From: a virus
Lineage: Duplodnaviria > Heunggongvirae > Uroviricota > Caudoviricetes
Reading direction: 5' to 3' (one strand)
DNA: 64,000 nucleotides
Virus record (IMG/VR): IMGVR_UViG_3300013307_000673
Part shown: in pieces, positions 46,450 through 55,193 of the stretch
Numbering within the stretch: position 1 is the stretch's first letter
Layout: every line of letters starts with the position of its first letter
The notes under the pieces: model-generated
Told to the model about the DNA's origin: nothing
Seen by the model: only the letters and a program-made list of their open reading frames with translations
The model's database searches: none
Made by a program: the position numbers and the translations under genes

Positions 46450-46707
46450 TTACTCATGACTTCCAAGCAGTAGTTGCTTCTGACCATAAAACTGAGAGTT
46501 CTTAAAACCATCTCCACTAAAGTCATCCAGTTCAAATGTAGGGTCATACTTGCCCGGCGCTGATTCTTCAGGATTAAAAGCAACGACCTGAATATTGCCA
46601 CCTTGATCATAATAACCAGAACCACTGGTATGACTAATAACCATTACCTCAGCGTCTTGAGGTTGTGTTTTCAACCACTCAATGAACTCAGAAACTTTCA
46701 TAGTCAT
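46450..46707 (-). CDS. Hypothetical protein, 85 aa.
   Basis: Complete ORF with RBS. The overlapping ORF 46431..46625 is rejected. Confidence 0.45.
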   Translation of the reverse strand: MTMKVSEFIEWLKTQPQDAEVMVISHTSGSGYYDQGGNIQVVAFNPEESAPGKYDPTFELDDFSGDGFKNSQFYGQKQLLLGSHE

Positions 46708-46733
46708 ATCAGTTTTTCCTTTTTTGAAATATT

Positions 46734-46950
46734 GGTGTCTTCTACTGGATTTGAACCAGTGCGCATTGCTTATTGAAACGAGAATCTACACGACCACGGA
46801 CAACTCCGCCACGGCTCTGTCATTGAGCTAAAGGTTTCCTACTGGAACCTTATCAGACTTTAACTGATACGCATCGCTTAAGTAGATATTTTCTCATCCC
46901 GCAACCACCGTAATCTACGGCCTCGGCTCTAACCACTGAGCTAAGAAGAC
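46734..46950 (-). tRNA. Split or interrupted tRNA-like gene. The 5' acceptor and D-arm (GTCTTCTTAGCTCAGTGGTTAGAGC) and the 3' T-arm and acceptor (ACTGGTTCAAATCCAGTAGAAGACACCA) are separated by about 140 nt.
   Basis: Perfect 7-bp acceptor pairing between the two ends. A tight hairpin (CCGTA-GAT-TACGG) sits where the anticodon arm should be. A TTGTGC-17-TATAGT promoter lies upstream at 46960-46988. Confidence 0.35.
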
Positions 46951-46959
46951 AATGAAGCC

Positions 46960-46988
46960 ACTATAGCAGCTTCTTTTATCATGCACAA
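46960..46988 (-). promoter_or_regulatory. Sigma70-like promoter (TTGTGC-N17-TATAGT) upstream of the split tRNA-like gene.
   Basis: Same GTATTGTGC/GTTGTAC -35 family with 17-nt spacing as the other tRNA promoters. Confidence 0.5.
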
Positions 46989-46993
46989 TACTT

Positions 46994-47713
46994 TTACTGA
47001 TTGTTATCTTTTTTCCACTGAGCGAGATTATAGCCCCAGCGTGTCTCTCCATTCTCATGAATCGTTCCACACATTTCATCCGGTTCTGGCTCTGTAAAAT
47101 AGCCCAACAGTTTATCAATGTATTCCTGCTTCATGTAAAGACGCAGCAATGCTTTATTCTTACGATACAGCTCTGCCATCTCACGAATATCGTTATCCAT
47201 CAGGCAAACCAGAGGCATTTGTTCCAAAATGAATACGCCAAGCATATCGATCATTACACGTTCAGGAGTATCCTCTGACAGTAAATCATCTTTATCAAGA
47301 CTATCAATAAAGCTTACCCATGACTGTAAAGGCCATTGATTAGTATCCATACTCCAACTACCACGAATAGCATCGAATAGCGGATTCTCAATACCATAAG
47401 AATACTTATCATGAAGCTTCTCGTTTTTCTTAAAGAAAGCGACCACATCAGGAACATGACCATCCCATGATTCTGGCGTATTAAACAATGAGTCATAAAT
47501 CAGTGTCTGAAGCACTACCGCATCACTGTAAATAACAAGCGCCGAATGTTCACCCGCACCACCACCAAGCAGAATATGCTCAGGTGTTAATGTTTTGCTC
47601 CCAGCATTGCGCACAACTTTATCCATTGACACATTCTCCATAGGCCAATACATATTAATATTGCCTTTGAATTTCGCCACATGAACATTTTGAACCGCAT
47701 CAATATCAGACAT
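46994..47713 (-). CDS. Hypothetical protein, 239 aa.
   Basis: Complete ORF. Overlapping ORFs 46915..47118, 47057..47278 and 47314..47496 are rejected. Confidence 0.55.
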   Translation of the reverse strand: MSDIDAVQNVHVAKFKGNINMYWPMENVSMDKVVRNAGSKTLTPEHILLGGGAGEHSALVIYSDAVVLQTLIYDSLFNTPESWDGHVPDVVAFFKKNEKLHDKYSYGIENPLFDAIRGSWSMDTNQWPLQSWVSFIDSLDKDDLLSEDTPERVMIDMLGVFILEQMPLVCLMDNDIREMAELYRKNKALLRLYMKQEYIDKLLGYFTEPEPDEMCGTIHENGETRWGYNLAQWKKDNNQ

Positions 47714-47722
47714 TATTTTTCC

Positions 47723-47905
47723 TTATTTAGAACGTTGATGGGCTGGAAGACGAGACAGAGCCTGATCGCGACGGTCTTTAGCCCAATACTCTTCACCATA
47801 CGTTTTCGCCTTTACAGACTCTTCTGAATAGCGATCATAGATTTTCTGCTCTTCTACCGTGCGGCGAGGACCATAATCTCCAGTTCCTTCATAAAACATA
47901 CACAC
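47723..47905 (-). CDS. Hypothetical protein, 60 aa.
   Basis: Complete ORF immediately upstream of 46994..47713 (9-nt gap). Confidence 0.4.
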   Translation of the reverse strand: MCMFYEGTGDYGPRRTVEEQKIYDRYSEESVKAKTYGEEYWAKDRRDQALSRLPAHQRSK

Positions 47906-47930
47906 CTCGGCTGGGAATATTCAGTTTATA

Positions 47931-48071
47931 TTATTTTGAGCGCAGTTTCTCAAGTGCTGTATCACGACGAACTTGCGCACGGATTTCGTCTCCGTAGCTT
48001 TTAGAATCAGCAACATCTTTCTGATATTGCTCGTTCACTTCTTTTTCAGTCATTACTTTATTATCCGACAT
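47931..48071 (-). CDS. Small protein (46 aa, MSDNKVMTEKEVNEQYQKDVADSKSYGDEIRAQVRRDTALEKLRSK).
   Basis: Not in the ORF table. Strong AAGAGGA RBS 8 nt before the ATG. Confidence 0.4.
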   Translation of the reverse strand: MSDNKVMTEKEVNEQYQKDVADSKSYGDEIRAQVRRDTALEKLRSK

Positions 48072-48108
48072 GTTAAATCCTCTTTTATTTGGTTTCACCC
48101 TACAGGGC

Positions 48109-48231
48109 TTATGATTTTAAAAATTCCTGAGCTTCTTCAATGCGCTTAGCCGTTCCCGCATTAGGCTCAACTTCCTGCAGACGTTTTGCGTCTTCTAACA
48201 ACTTAGCCACTAACTCTTTTACGTCAGTCAT
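48109..48231 (-). CDS. Small protein (40 aa, MTDVKELVAKLLEDAKRLQEVEPNAGTAKRIEEAQEFLKS).
   Basis: Not in the ORF table. Strong AAGAGGA RBS. Confidence 0.35.
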   Translation of the reverse strand: MTDVKELVAKLLEDAKRLQEVEPNAGTAKRIEEAQEFLKS

Positions 48232-48334
48232 TGCTTTAATCCTCTTAAGGTAAGGTAGTTATCATATCATTTCATGACAACAATAACAACTGTTTTTCAA
48301 GCAAAGAGCCTCTGAAGAGACTCTTTCTTCTGCT

Positions 48335-48835
48335 TCAGATAAGCTTTTCATCTAATATATTATAAACATCTGAAATGTTTATAGTATATCGCTTAGTTAT
48401 TTCGTAATTCCCATAATAACCGCTATCAGTGCGTGTGTTACGCTCCATTTTTTCAAAAACATACTGAACCAACTCATCTATCTGCTTATCATTCCTTTTA
48501 GGAAGCATCGCTGATAATAATATACGAATGGCTTTTTTTACCAGTGAGATTTTTTCTTCGTAATACTTTGGCTCATCCATATCGTCAGACCAGCAAGAAC
48601 CCGACCATTGCTCTTCAATCAACATAGACACACATAAATACTCATCATTCATAAAAAATGAGTAATGATTTTTACGAAAGAAGTTATCACTGTCTGAGCC
48701 TCTCAGATAGTCAGCCTGTTTCTGCACAATCGCTTTAACTTTCGACACGTCTTTATTGATTAACAACATGATTTTCATTCCTAAAAGTAAGATTGCAGTG
48801 ATTATACCGACAATATTGATGTAAAGCAAGCACAA
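48335..48835 (-). CDS. Hypothetical protein, 166 aa, with an N-terminal TM helix.
   Basis: Complete ORF. N-terminal hydrophobic segment VGIITAILLLGMKIMLLI. Confidence 0.5.
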   Translation of the reverse strand: MCLLYINIVGIITAILLLGMKIMLLINKDVSKVKAIVQKQADYLRGSDSDNFFRKNHYSFFMNDEYLCVSMLIEEQWSGSCWSDDMDEPKYYEEKISLVKKAIRILLSAMLPKRNDKQIDELVQYVFEKMERNTRTDSGYYGNYEITKRYTINISDVYNILDEKLI

Positions 48836-48858
48836 AAAAGCCTCCGAAGAGGCTTAGT
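48833..48858 (-). terminator. Intrinsic terminator (AGCCTC-CGAA-GAGGCT) downstream of the peptidase gene. The same sequence occurs at 25722-25740.
   Basis: 6-bp GC stem with a T-run on the minus strand. Confidence 0.65.
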
Positions 48859-48865
48859 CTATATC

Positions 48866-50770
48866 TTATCTCTTCAGGAAATACTTCTCAAACAACTCAA
48901 TCTGCTGAGTCAGGAAGTCTTCCTGATATTCAATCACCACATCATCACCTTTTGGCGTCAGAATCGGCGTCATGAAGCCTACCACTGTAGCCAATCCTAA
49001 GCCACTCACACGCTCTAACACCTCTTTATGAACCAACTGATTAACTTTGGTGCCATAGGTCTCTACGAGGGCTTTAGCTGCGTTAAAATCGCCTTCTGAT
49101 TTAATACGCTGAATCTCTGCCAGCAACTGACCGACCAGAGCGCGAACACCATCAAGATCATTAACCTCAATGAAATACTGACCCTCTTTCACAACCATCG
49201 CCATCTGCTCAGGCTTTGCTTTCTCAAGCAACCATGTAGAGATAATCTGGCGGTTTCTGAAGTGAGCTTGCGTCAGATCAGCACCCAAACGCACCCGGCG
49301 CAACTGACCAATAGCACCATTAGTGAAATATGCCACGTATTTAGCCATTGCTGCATCGCGAACATTGACATCCTCAGCAAAAATACCAATCTCTTTTAGC
49401 TTCTCATCAGGGATATAATAAAGCGCAACCAGATCAGCACGACATTCCTCAATTACTGAGTAATACGTGGACAGAACATCACTGTTAACGCCGTCCAGCA
49501 CCTTGCCTGATCCATGACCAGCAATCTCATGTAAGTCCGTATGAAGAACGCCTGTCTCATTGCCATAACGCTTAATCAGATCCTGATATTTATCCAGATA
49601 CAAGGCTTTGGTTAATGGCACATCATAGCTACTACGTGAGGAATCCACGTTAGACAACGTAACGGATTTAGAACCAAACTTTTTACGAATCCAGTCGCTG
49701 TTAGGCAAGTTAATCCCTAAAGGCAGCACAGGAGAGGTTTCTCCAGCCATAGAAATAACATTGATAGAACTCGCAGATAGCCCTACAGCCTTATCTTTCT
49801 TAAAGCGCTTATCAAACGGGAGATTATCCTCAAACCACTGGATATTATCAATGATACGCTTCACTTTAGCTGTCTGTGCTGGATTTTTAAACGCAACCAA
49901 ACTCTCAAAGTTACACGCCACACCTAGCGGATCTTTATAAGATTCAATCAAGCCATTTACGAAATAAATCGAACTATCCTGATCTTGCGTCCACGCTACA
50001 CAGTGCTTATCAAAATCAGCAGCATCACCCGTCTCATAGAAGGTAATCAGTGTCTCAATAGAGGCATGTTGTTTTTCATTTTCAGTGTAGTTCAGAGCAA
50101 GCTTAAGCTCTTTAATGATTTCTTTAACATAGCGACCATAAAGACCATCAGCGAAGATGACTTCTCGTTTAATCTCACCCGTGAGATGATTTTTTAGGAG
50201 TTTCTCGTTAAATCCGTAAGGTGGAATCTCATCATTATCATGTTTCGGGTAGGCTTCTTTGCGAAAAGCAATTACTTCCTCGGTGGTAAGGCCAGCATAG
50301 AAGTTAACACCAGACTGCTTAACCACATCTACGCCGTCTTTTTGAACGGTGCGGTATAAAGGTAGATTATAGGTATCGTTCTCAAAAAGAAATATTTCAA
50401 TCGATAAGGCAGCTAATGAACAGTAAACATTAGAACACAATACATCAAATTGCTCACTATCCAGAGGCAGTGTCAGTTTTTCACCTGTTGTGGTATGATA
50501 AAGACCACCGTGCGCAAAGAGCATAAATAAACTATCACGAACCTGCTTAAAAGCTTCAGTTTCTTTATCAAGATGTTTATACATATGGATTAGTGCAGGA
50601 ATAACGATAAGGTTAGCGCTTGATCCCTGAGTCAGCCCGATCACTTTCCCCCACATACCCGCTTCTGACAGATGATAAGCCAGACGTTTAGTGCGGCTAT
50701 CGAGTGATGAGAAGCCTTCAGTGTCCAGCTTTACGATTGCAATATCATTAAGACGTTCAGAATATGTCAT
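48866..50770 (-). CDS. Dipeptidyl-peptidase III-like zinc metallopeptidase (M49 family), 634 aa.
   Basis: M49 signature motifs HEIAGHGSGK (HExxGH) and IEECRADLVALYY (EECRAE/D) at the expected spacing. Full-length, comparable to cellular DPP III. Confidence 0.7.
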   Translation of the reverse strand: MTYSERLNDIAIVKLDTEGFSSLDSRTKRLAYHLSEAGMWGKVIGLTQGSSANLIVIPALIHMYKHLDKETEAFKQVRDSLFMLFAHGGLYHTTTGEKLTLPLDSEQFDVLCSNVYCSLAALSIEIFLFENDTYNLPLYRTVQKDGVDVVKQSGVNFYAGLTTEEVIAFRKEAYPKHDNDEIPPYGFNEKLLKNHLTGEIKREVIFADGLYGRYVKEIIKELKLALNYTENEKQHASIETLITFYETGDAADFDKHCVAWTQDQDSSIYFVNGLIESYKDPLGVACNFESLVAFKNPAQTAKVKRIIDNIQWFEDNLPFDKRFKKDKAVGLSASSINVISMAGETSPVLPLGINLPNSDWIRKKFGSKSVTLSNVDSSRSSYDVPLTKALYLDKYQDLIKRYGNETGVLHTDLHEIAGHGSGKVLDGVNSDVLSTYYSVIEECRADLVALYYIPDEKLKEIGIFAEDVNVRDAAMAKYVAYFTNGAIGQLRRVRLGADLTQAHFRNRQIISTWLLEKAKPEQMAMVVKEGQYFIEVNDLDGVRALVGQLLAEIQRIKSEGDFNAAKALVETYGTKVNQLVHKEVLERVSGLGLATVVGFMTPILTPKGDDVVIEYQEDFLTQQIELFEKYFLKR

Positions 50771-50976
50771 AGTATCTCCTTTAAAAGTGCGTATACTTTA
50801 TCATGTTTTCCAATGGATTAAAACATTTTTCATCAAACTAATCTTGTTTAAGTTTACCTTATAGGACTTGTCTTAAATCATTATCAAATCTTAACATTAC
50901 TCTTTTAAATGCATTTACATTTTTCATAAATTTGATACTATTTTTATACACTTAAACTACTTTTAAAAGGACAAAT

Positions 50977-51444
50977 ATGAATAGAATTATATTAACCAGT
51001 TTATTGTTATCCGCATCATTATTTTCTTCCACTGTATTATCAGCAACACCTGTTTATGAAAGAATAAATTTAAGCATTGTGCCTGACGTGGGAATTGGAT
51101 ATAGCCATACTTTTTACGTTCCTTACGATAATAAAAAACATTATTTTTATTTTGATCAAAAAGACTCAAGTTTAAAAGAAACAACCGATGGATCTTTTTT
51201 TGATAAAAACACAGACTCTGATAGCACATATTTCACCTTCACACAGGTCCGCAACCCAAACACACCTGAGAAAGACAATACTTATTTCAATATTCACTAT
51301 AAAGATTACAATAATAATAACTGTTTAGTTGAGTCCACCGCAGGCACTGTATTTTATAATAATCCATATAAAACTATTAGCATCTTAAAAAGCTGCACAA
51401 AAGATAAAAAGACTACATATAAAATATCTTTATCTTTAAGTTAA
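50977..51444 (+). CDS. Secreted hypothetical protein, 155 aa.
   Basis: Signal peptide MNRIILTSLLLSASLFSSTVLSA. Followed by bidirectional terminator 51442-51470. The antisense ORF 50987..51229 is rejected. Confidence 0.5.
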   Translation: MNRIILTSLLLSASLFSSTVLSATPVYERINLSIVPDVGIGYSHTFYVPYDNKKHYFYFDQKDSSLKETTDGSFFDKNTDSDSTYFTFTQVRNPNTPEKDNTYFNIHYKDYNNNNCLVESTAGTVFYNNPYKTISILKSCTKDKKTTYKISLSLS

Positions 51445-51486
51445 AAAAAGCGGCTAGGCCGCTTTTATTTAATAACTTATTAAGAT

Positions 51487-51693
51487 TTACCAACCATCCA
51501 ACTCATCTGAGGCATAATCTTCAATCATAGCTTGCGTTGCGTTTGAGTCTGCGCCTTTACCTGACATACCATATCCCGGCGAACTAACAAGATCAAGAGA
51601 GACATTACTCAAATCATCTTGGCGCTTCTTGCGTTTATCTTTACTTTTTTCATCAGCCAACACGCTCTCACATTCTCCCCACAGATCTAACAT
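51487..51693 (-). CDS. Hypothetical acidic protein, 68 aa.
   Basis: Complete ORF. Confidence 0.4.
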   Translation of the reverse strand: MLDLWGECESVLADEKSKDKRKKRQDDLSNVSLDLVSSPGYGMSGKGADSNATQAMIEDYASDELDGW

Positions 51694-51761
51694 ATCAACC
51701 TCGTCTATTGTGTTTTATGGCTCTATACTATACACCTTTGGGCTATCGCAATCAATGACTA

Positions 51762-52148
51762 TTACATGATTGTCAGCACAGCCATCAATGATAACGCATC
51801 GCTATCGGCTTTAAACTCATCTTTGCTTTTAATGATGCGATAAGCTATAGTGCCGTCTTCTTTCTTGTTAAAAATGTAATACTGGCCTTCTTTGAAGAAA
51901 CGCTCATCTTTTTCCGTCAGAAGATTTTCTGATTTTAATGAGCTGAAGTTTGCCAGACATTCTTGTTTATTACACGCCAGACTATCGGTTGATTTTTGGT
52001 TTAGTATCTGACCCTTATGAGTCTCAATATAAGCGCTCATCACTTTATTCTCCGACTCTTTTTGTTTTCCATTCCAATATACATTACTACCAACAAAACA
52101 CACCAATGAGGCTATTCCTAATACTGAAACAAGTTTAAAAAGGCTCAT
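51762..52148 (-). CDS. Signal-anchored hypothetical protein, 128 aa.
   Basis: N-terminal hydrophobic helix LFKLVSVLGIASLVCFVGS. RBS present. Confidence 0.5.
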   Translation of the reverse strand: MSLFKLVSVLGIASLVCFVGSNVYWNGKQKESENKVMSAYIETHKGQILNQKSTDSLACNKQECLANFSSLKSENLLTEKDERFFKEGQYYIFNKKEDGTIAYRIIKSKDEFKADSDALSLMAVLTIM

Positions 52149-52273
52149 ATTTATTCTCCATCGATTATTTACGCTCTATATCATTATGCTTTTCAAATAG
52201 CAAATCTATATAGTTGTCAATTTGATTTACCCCCTGCTAAATGATACAGTTTAGAAAAATAAAGGAGATTACA

Positions 52274-53233
52274 ATGTTTAGTCTAACTGATGTTATGCGT
52301 GTATTCGATAACCGCGCCAGAGAGTTTGCTGGTCTGAGAGAAGATCAGATTTTTATGTTTGATGCGAGCGCTGAAGAAATCATTAAAAGAAGCCAAAAAA
52401 GAACGCTATGGGGATTGGGAAAGCCCGAAACTCTTGATTTTAAAGTGAGAACAACCAGTGGGTTTACACCGTTTTCTAAAACCGATGAGTTAGCCAAAAT
52501 CAAACTCTTTATAGAAAATGGCGCTGATATTAATAAAGTTGACATCTATGGCGAAAATGCTCTTTTCAACCAAAGCTACAGCATTGAAAACACTATTTAT
52601 TTATTAGAAAAAGGCATTAACGTTAATCAGCGGAATACAAAAGGCGAAAATGTTCTTGATAATCTTCACTTTCACCATGATTATGATGAAGCTATAGCTG
52701 AGCTTTATATAAAATATGGCATCGACTACCATCATGTTAATCCCAAGACTCAACGTAATGGTTTATTTACTTTAGACCATCAAAAAGGCTTATTTTTAGT
52801 TAAAAATGGAATCAATATTCATCAGATTGATTCGTATGGTCGCAATATGCTTTTTTATTTAGATAGCAACGAAAAAGACGGAAGCCTTCAGCTATTAACT
52901 GAGCTTATCAAACAAGGGATTAATATTAATCAAGTCGATCAATGGGGGCGCAATGCTTTATTTGAATCAGGCTCTGATATTAAAAAAGCCCGATTACTTC
53001 TTGAGGCAGGAATAAATGTTAATCAAGTTGATGAAAAAGGGAATAGTGCATTAGAATATACTTATTGGGAAGATAATGAAAAACTTTTATTCTCTTATGG
53101 CATTAAAGATAGAGAATATAAAAAGGAAGGCATGTTCACAAAAGAAAGAATGAGATTTGCAATGAGAAATCACAGACAGGACAACTGGAGTGCTCTTTTT
53201 AAGTCATCTCCAAAATTAAGTTATGAAGTGTAA
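52274..53233 (+). CDS. Ankyrin-repeat protein, about 319 aa, with at least five ANK repeats.
   Basis: Repeated G(A/I)(D/N)(I/V)N..(D/N)..G.NALF/LxYL blocks (GADINKVDIYGENALF, GINVNQRNTKGENVL, GINIHQIDSYGRNMLFY, GININQVDQWGRNALFE, GINVNQVDEKGNSALEY). Start moved to the ATG at 52274 (AAGGAG RBS). Confidence 0.65.
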   Translation: MFSLTDVMRVFDNRAREFAGLREDQIFMFDASAEEIIKRSQKRTLWGLGKPETLDFKVRTTSGFTPFSKTDELAKIKLFIENGADINKVDIYGENALFNQSYSIENTIYLLEKGINVNQRNTKGENVLDNLHFHHDYDEAIAELYIKYGIDYHHVNPKTQRNGLFTLDHQKGLFLVKNGINIHQIDSYGRNMLFYLDSNEKDGSLQLLTELIKQGININQVDQWGRNALFESGSDIKKARLLLEAGINVNQVDEKGNSALEYTYWEDNEKLLFSYGIKDREYKKEGMFTKERMRFAMRNHRQDNWSALFKSSPKLSYEV

Positions 53234-53276
53234 ACTGAAATGGCTTATTGGAATAAGCCATTTTTTATAGTTTAAG

Positions 53277-53495
53277 TTATTTCTCTACGTCTTTTTCAAC
53301 ACATTCAATCTTACGTGGCTTAAAAATATATTTGCCCCAATCTTCACCACGCAGTTTCTCTGGCTGATAGCTGACATCATTAACCAACTCTTTCGCCGTA
53401 TTACATGTTGCCATATCAGGCATAACCTGAACGTTTGTAATAGTGCTTCCATGAACACCAAAAACAGAAATAAGAAATATAGTTTTTACGATCAT
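53277..53495 (-). CDS. Small secreted protein, 72 aa.
   Basis: Signal peptide MIVKTIFLISVFGVHG and RBS. Confidence 0.45.
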   Translation of the reverse strand: MIVKTIFLISVFGVHGSTITNVQVMPDMATCNTAKELVNDVSYQPEKLRGEDWGKYIFKPRKIECVEKDVEK

Positions 53496-53622
53496 ATTTG
53501 TTTCGCCTATTTAATGATTATTTAAAAATAGCTTACAATATTGAATATTTTTTATCAAATTGTTATCGTAAAGACTTTTCAGATTAGATTGGTATTTTTG
53601 AAATGATAAGAGGAAGAGAAAA

Positions 53623-53698
53623 TGGTGCACTCGGAGGGATTCGAACCCCCGACACCCGGATCTTCAATCCAGTGCTCTACCAACTGAGCTACAAGTGC
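53623..53698 (-). tRNA. tRNA-Phe (anticodon GAA), copy 1 (anticodon loop TTGAAGA).
   Basis: GCACTTGTAGCTCAGTTGGTAGAGCACTGGATTGAAGATCCGGGTGTCGGGGGTTCGAATCCCTCCGAGTGCACCA. Canonical cloverleaf. Confidence 0.75.
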
Positions 53699-53828
53699 AT
53701 AGTCTTATCAGGTTAGGTGTTGTATCGGCCCACCTCTTAAACGATAATAGGAAAGTCTGGTTTCGCTCCAAACGTGCTATTACCTTTCACATCCACTCAC
53801 GTTGTCGGACGCAACCTAATAAAACAGG

Positions 53829-53903
53829 TGATTTCTGCAGGACTCGAACCTACGTCGTCAGCGGATTCTCCCGCCAATGCTCTACCCGTTGAGCTAAAAA
53901 ATC
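53829..53903 (-). tRNA. Aberrant tRNA-like gene. Acceptor, D-arm and T-arm are canonical, but the anticodon arm is a tight GCGGG-AGAA-TCCGC hairpin (or an 8-nt loop GGAGAATC). No CCA encoded.
   Basis: GATTTTTTAGCTCAACGGGTAGAGCATTGGCGGGAGAATCCGCTGACGACGTAGGTTCGAGTCCTGCAGAAATCACC. No 7-nt anticodon loop can be drawn. Confidence 0.4.
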
Positions 53904-54146
53904 ATTGACTAGCCACTTTAACCCACACACCGCGTCATACGATGCTGGCTGATCTGCTAATCCAGTAGGTAATCACGCTTCACAGAGTTAATACAGCCTC
54001 TCCACGCTTCTTACTGACGCCTCTACCAAGACGATATCTCTAACGGTTATATGCCGGGCAAACAACTTGCTTGCCAGAAGCCTCTTGAGACAATCACGTC
54101 TCTTCTCTTCATCCGAGGAGGATTAGTGGCTGATTAGACCACTCGG

Positions 54147-54221
54147 TGGTGTCCCGTGCAGGAATCGAACCTGCAACTCCCTCTTAGGAGGAGGGGATTA
54201 TATCCGTTTAACTAACAGGAC
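54147..54221 (-). tRNA. tRNA-Arg (anticodon CCT).
   Basis: GTCCTGTTAGTTAAACGGATATAATCCCCTCCTCCTAAGAGGGAGTTGCAGGTTCGATTCCTGCACGGGACACCA. Anticodon stem CCCTC/GAGGG with loop CTCCTAA. Confidence 0.65.
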
Positions 54222-54385
54222 GCTATACAAAACATTCTATCCAATCAGAAACTCGATTGCAAGCACTTTTTAAGCCATACTTCATTTTCTCGCTCAGAAT
54301 TACTCTTTTTTCATTCAGCTATGGCTTTACTTTATATTGTAATGCTCTTAAATTGTAACTATACACTACATTAAGGAAATAAAAA

Positions 54386-54820
54386 ATGAGCTTTTCAGAA
54401 AGATTAAAAAGTTTCAAAAAAAACTTAGAAAAAACCGAGCTTGAGCAACAAGTAAAATTATTCAAGAAGGAAGCGATTCCTATTGAAAATCTTGGCGATT
54501 TACTAAAAGATTATATAGACAGTAAAGGCGAAAAATATGACTGCTTTAAGCTTGCCTATATTTTAAATAAGCCGGGAGATCATGGCACGCCTTATGCGCC
54601 TTCTGAGCAGAAATACCCTGAACAGTTTGAAAATATGATGCGCAATGTTGATAAACTTTTAGCGCAACCAAAGTATGCTGAAGTAATGAAAGATTTGGTT
54701 GTTACAAATGATGCTATCGGTTCTATGGGAGACTGGATTGTTCCAACTAACTCTGTAATCAGTGATATTAAAAGAAGCCTGAATCAAAAAGAAGAGTTCC
54801 AGCGTAAATTCAAAATGTAA
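54386..54820 (+). CDS. Hypothetical protein, 144 aa.
   Basis: AAGGAAATAAAAA RBS. Terminator 54824-54856. The antisense ORF 54659..54859 is rejected. Confidence 0.5.
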   Translation: MSFSERLKSFKKNLEKTELEQQVKLFKKEAIPIENLGDLLKDYIDSKGEKYDCFKLAYILNKPGDHGTPYAPSEQKYPEQFENMMRNVDKLLAQPKYAEVMKDLVVTNDAIGSMGDWIVPTNSVISDIKRSLNQKEEFQRKFKM

Positions 54821-54875
54821 TAATGAAAAACTCCTCACCAAGAGGAGTTCTTTATACACTAAACGTCATCAACCT

Positions 54876-55193
54876 TTAACTGATAAAAATACAATCTTCC
54901 TTATCAATTTTAGCAAAAATCATAGACGTTGCTTCATGCACCATCGTCAGCTCAACCAATTCACCTGAAATATCCAGGACAATCACCGATTTAAAATCCA
55001 CGGCGTTTATAGGAAGGCTAAGATTGATATTTGACAGCTCATCTGTAATTCTCTGGCTTTCTTTTCTCAGATCATCATCGCTTTCACCTGCATCTTCAGT
55101 GAATGAAACGTAGGCAGCCTTAACCGCACCCGCAAAGAAGTTCTTGAAGAACTGTGTCAGCTTTTCGTTATAGATTAACTTTTGAACAATCAT
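54876..55193 (-). CDS. Hypothetical protein, 105 aa.
   Basis: Complete ORF overlapping the upstream gene by 4 nt (operon). Confidence 0.5.
   Translation of the reverse strand: MIVQKLIYNEKLTQFFKNFFAGAVKAAYVSFTEDAGESDDDLRKESQRITDELSNINLSLPINAVDFKSVIVLDISGELVELTMVHEATSMIFAKIDKEDCIFIS

Noticed and set aside
53695-53892. 65-aa plus-strand ORF.
   Set aside because: Overlaps tRNA-Phe and the aberrant tRNA-like gene. No RBS.
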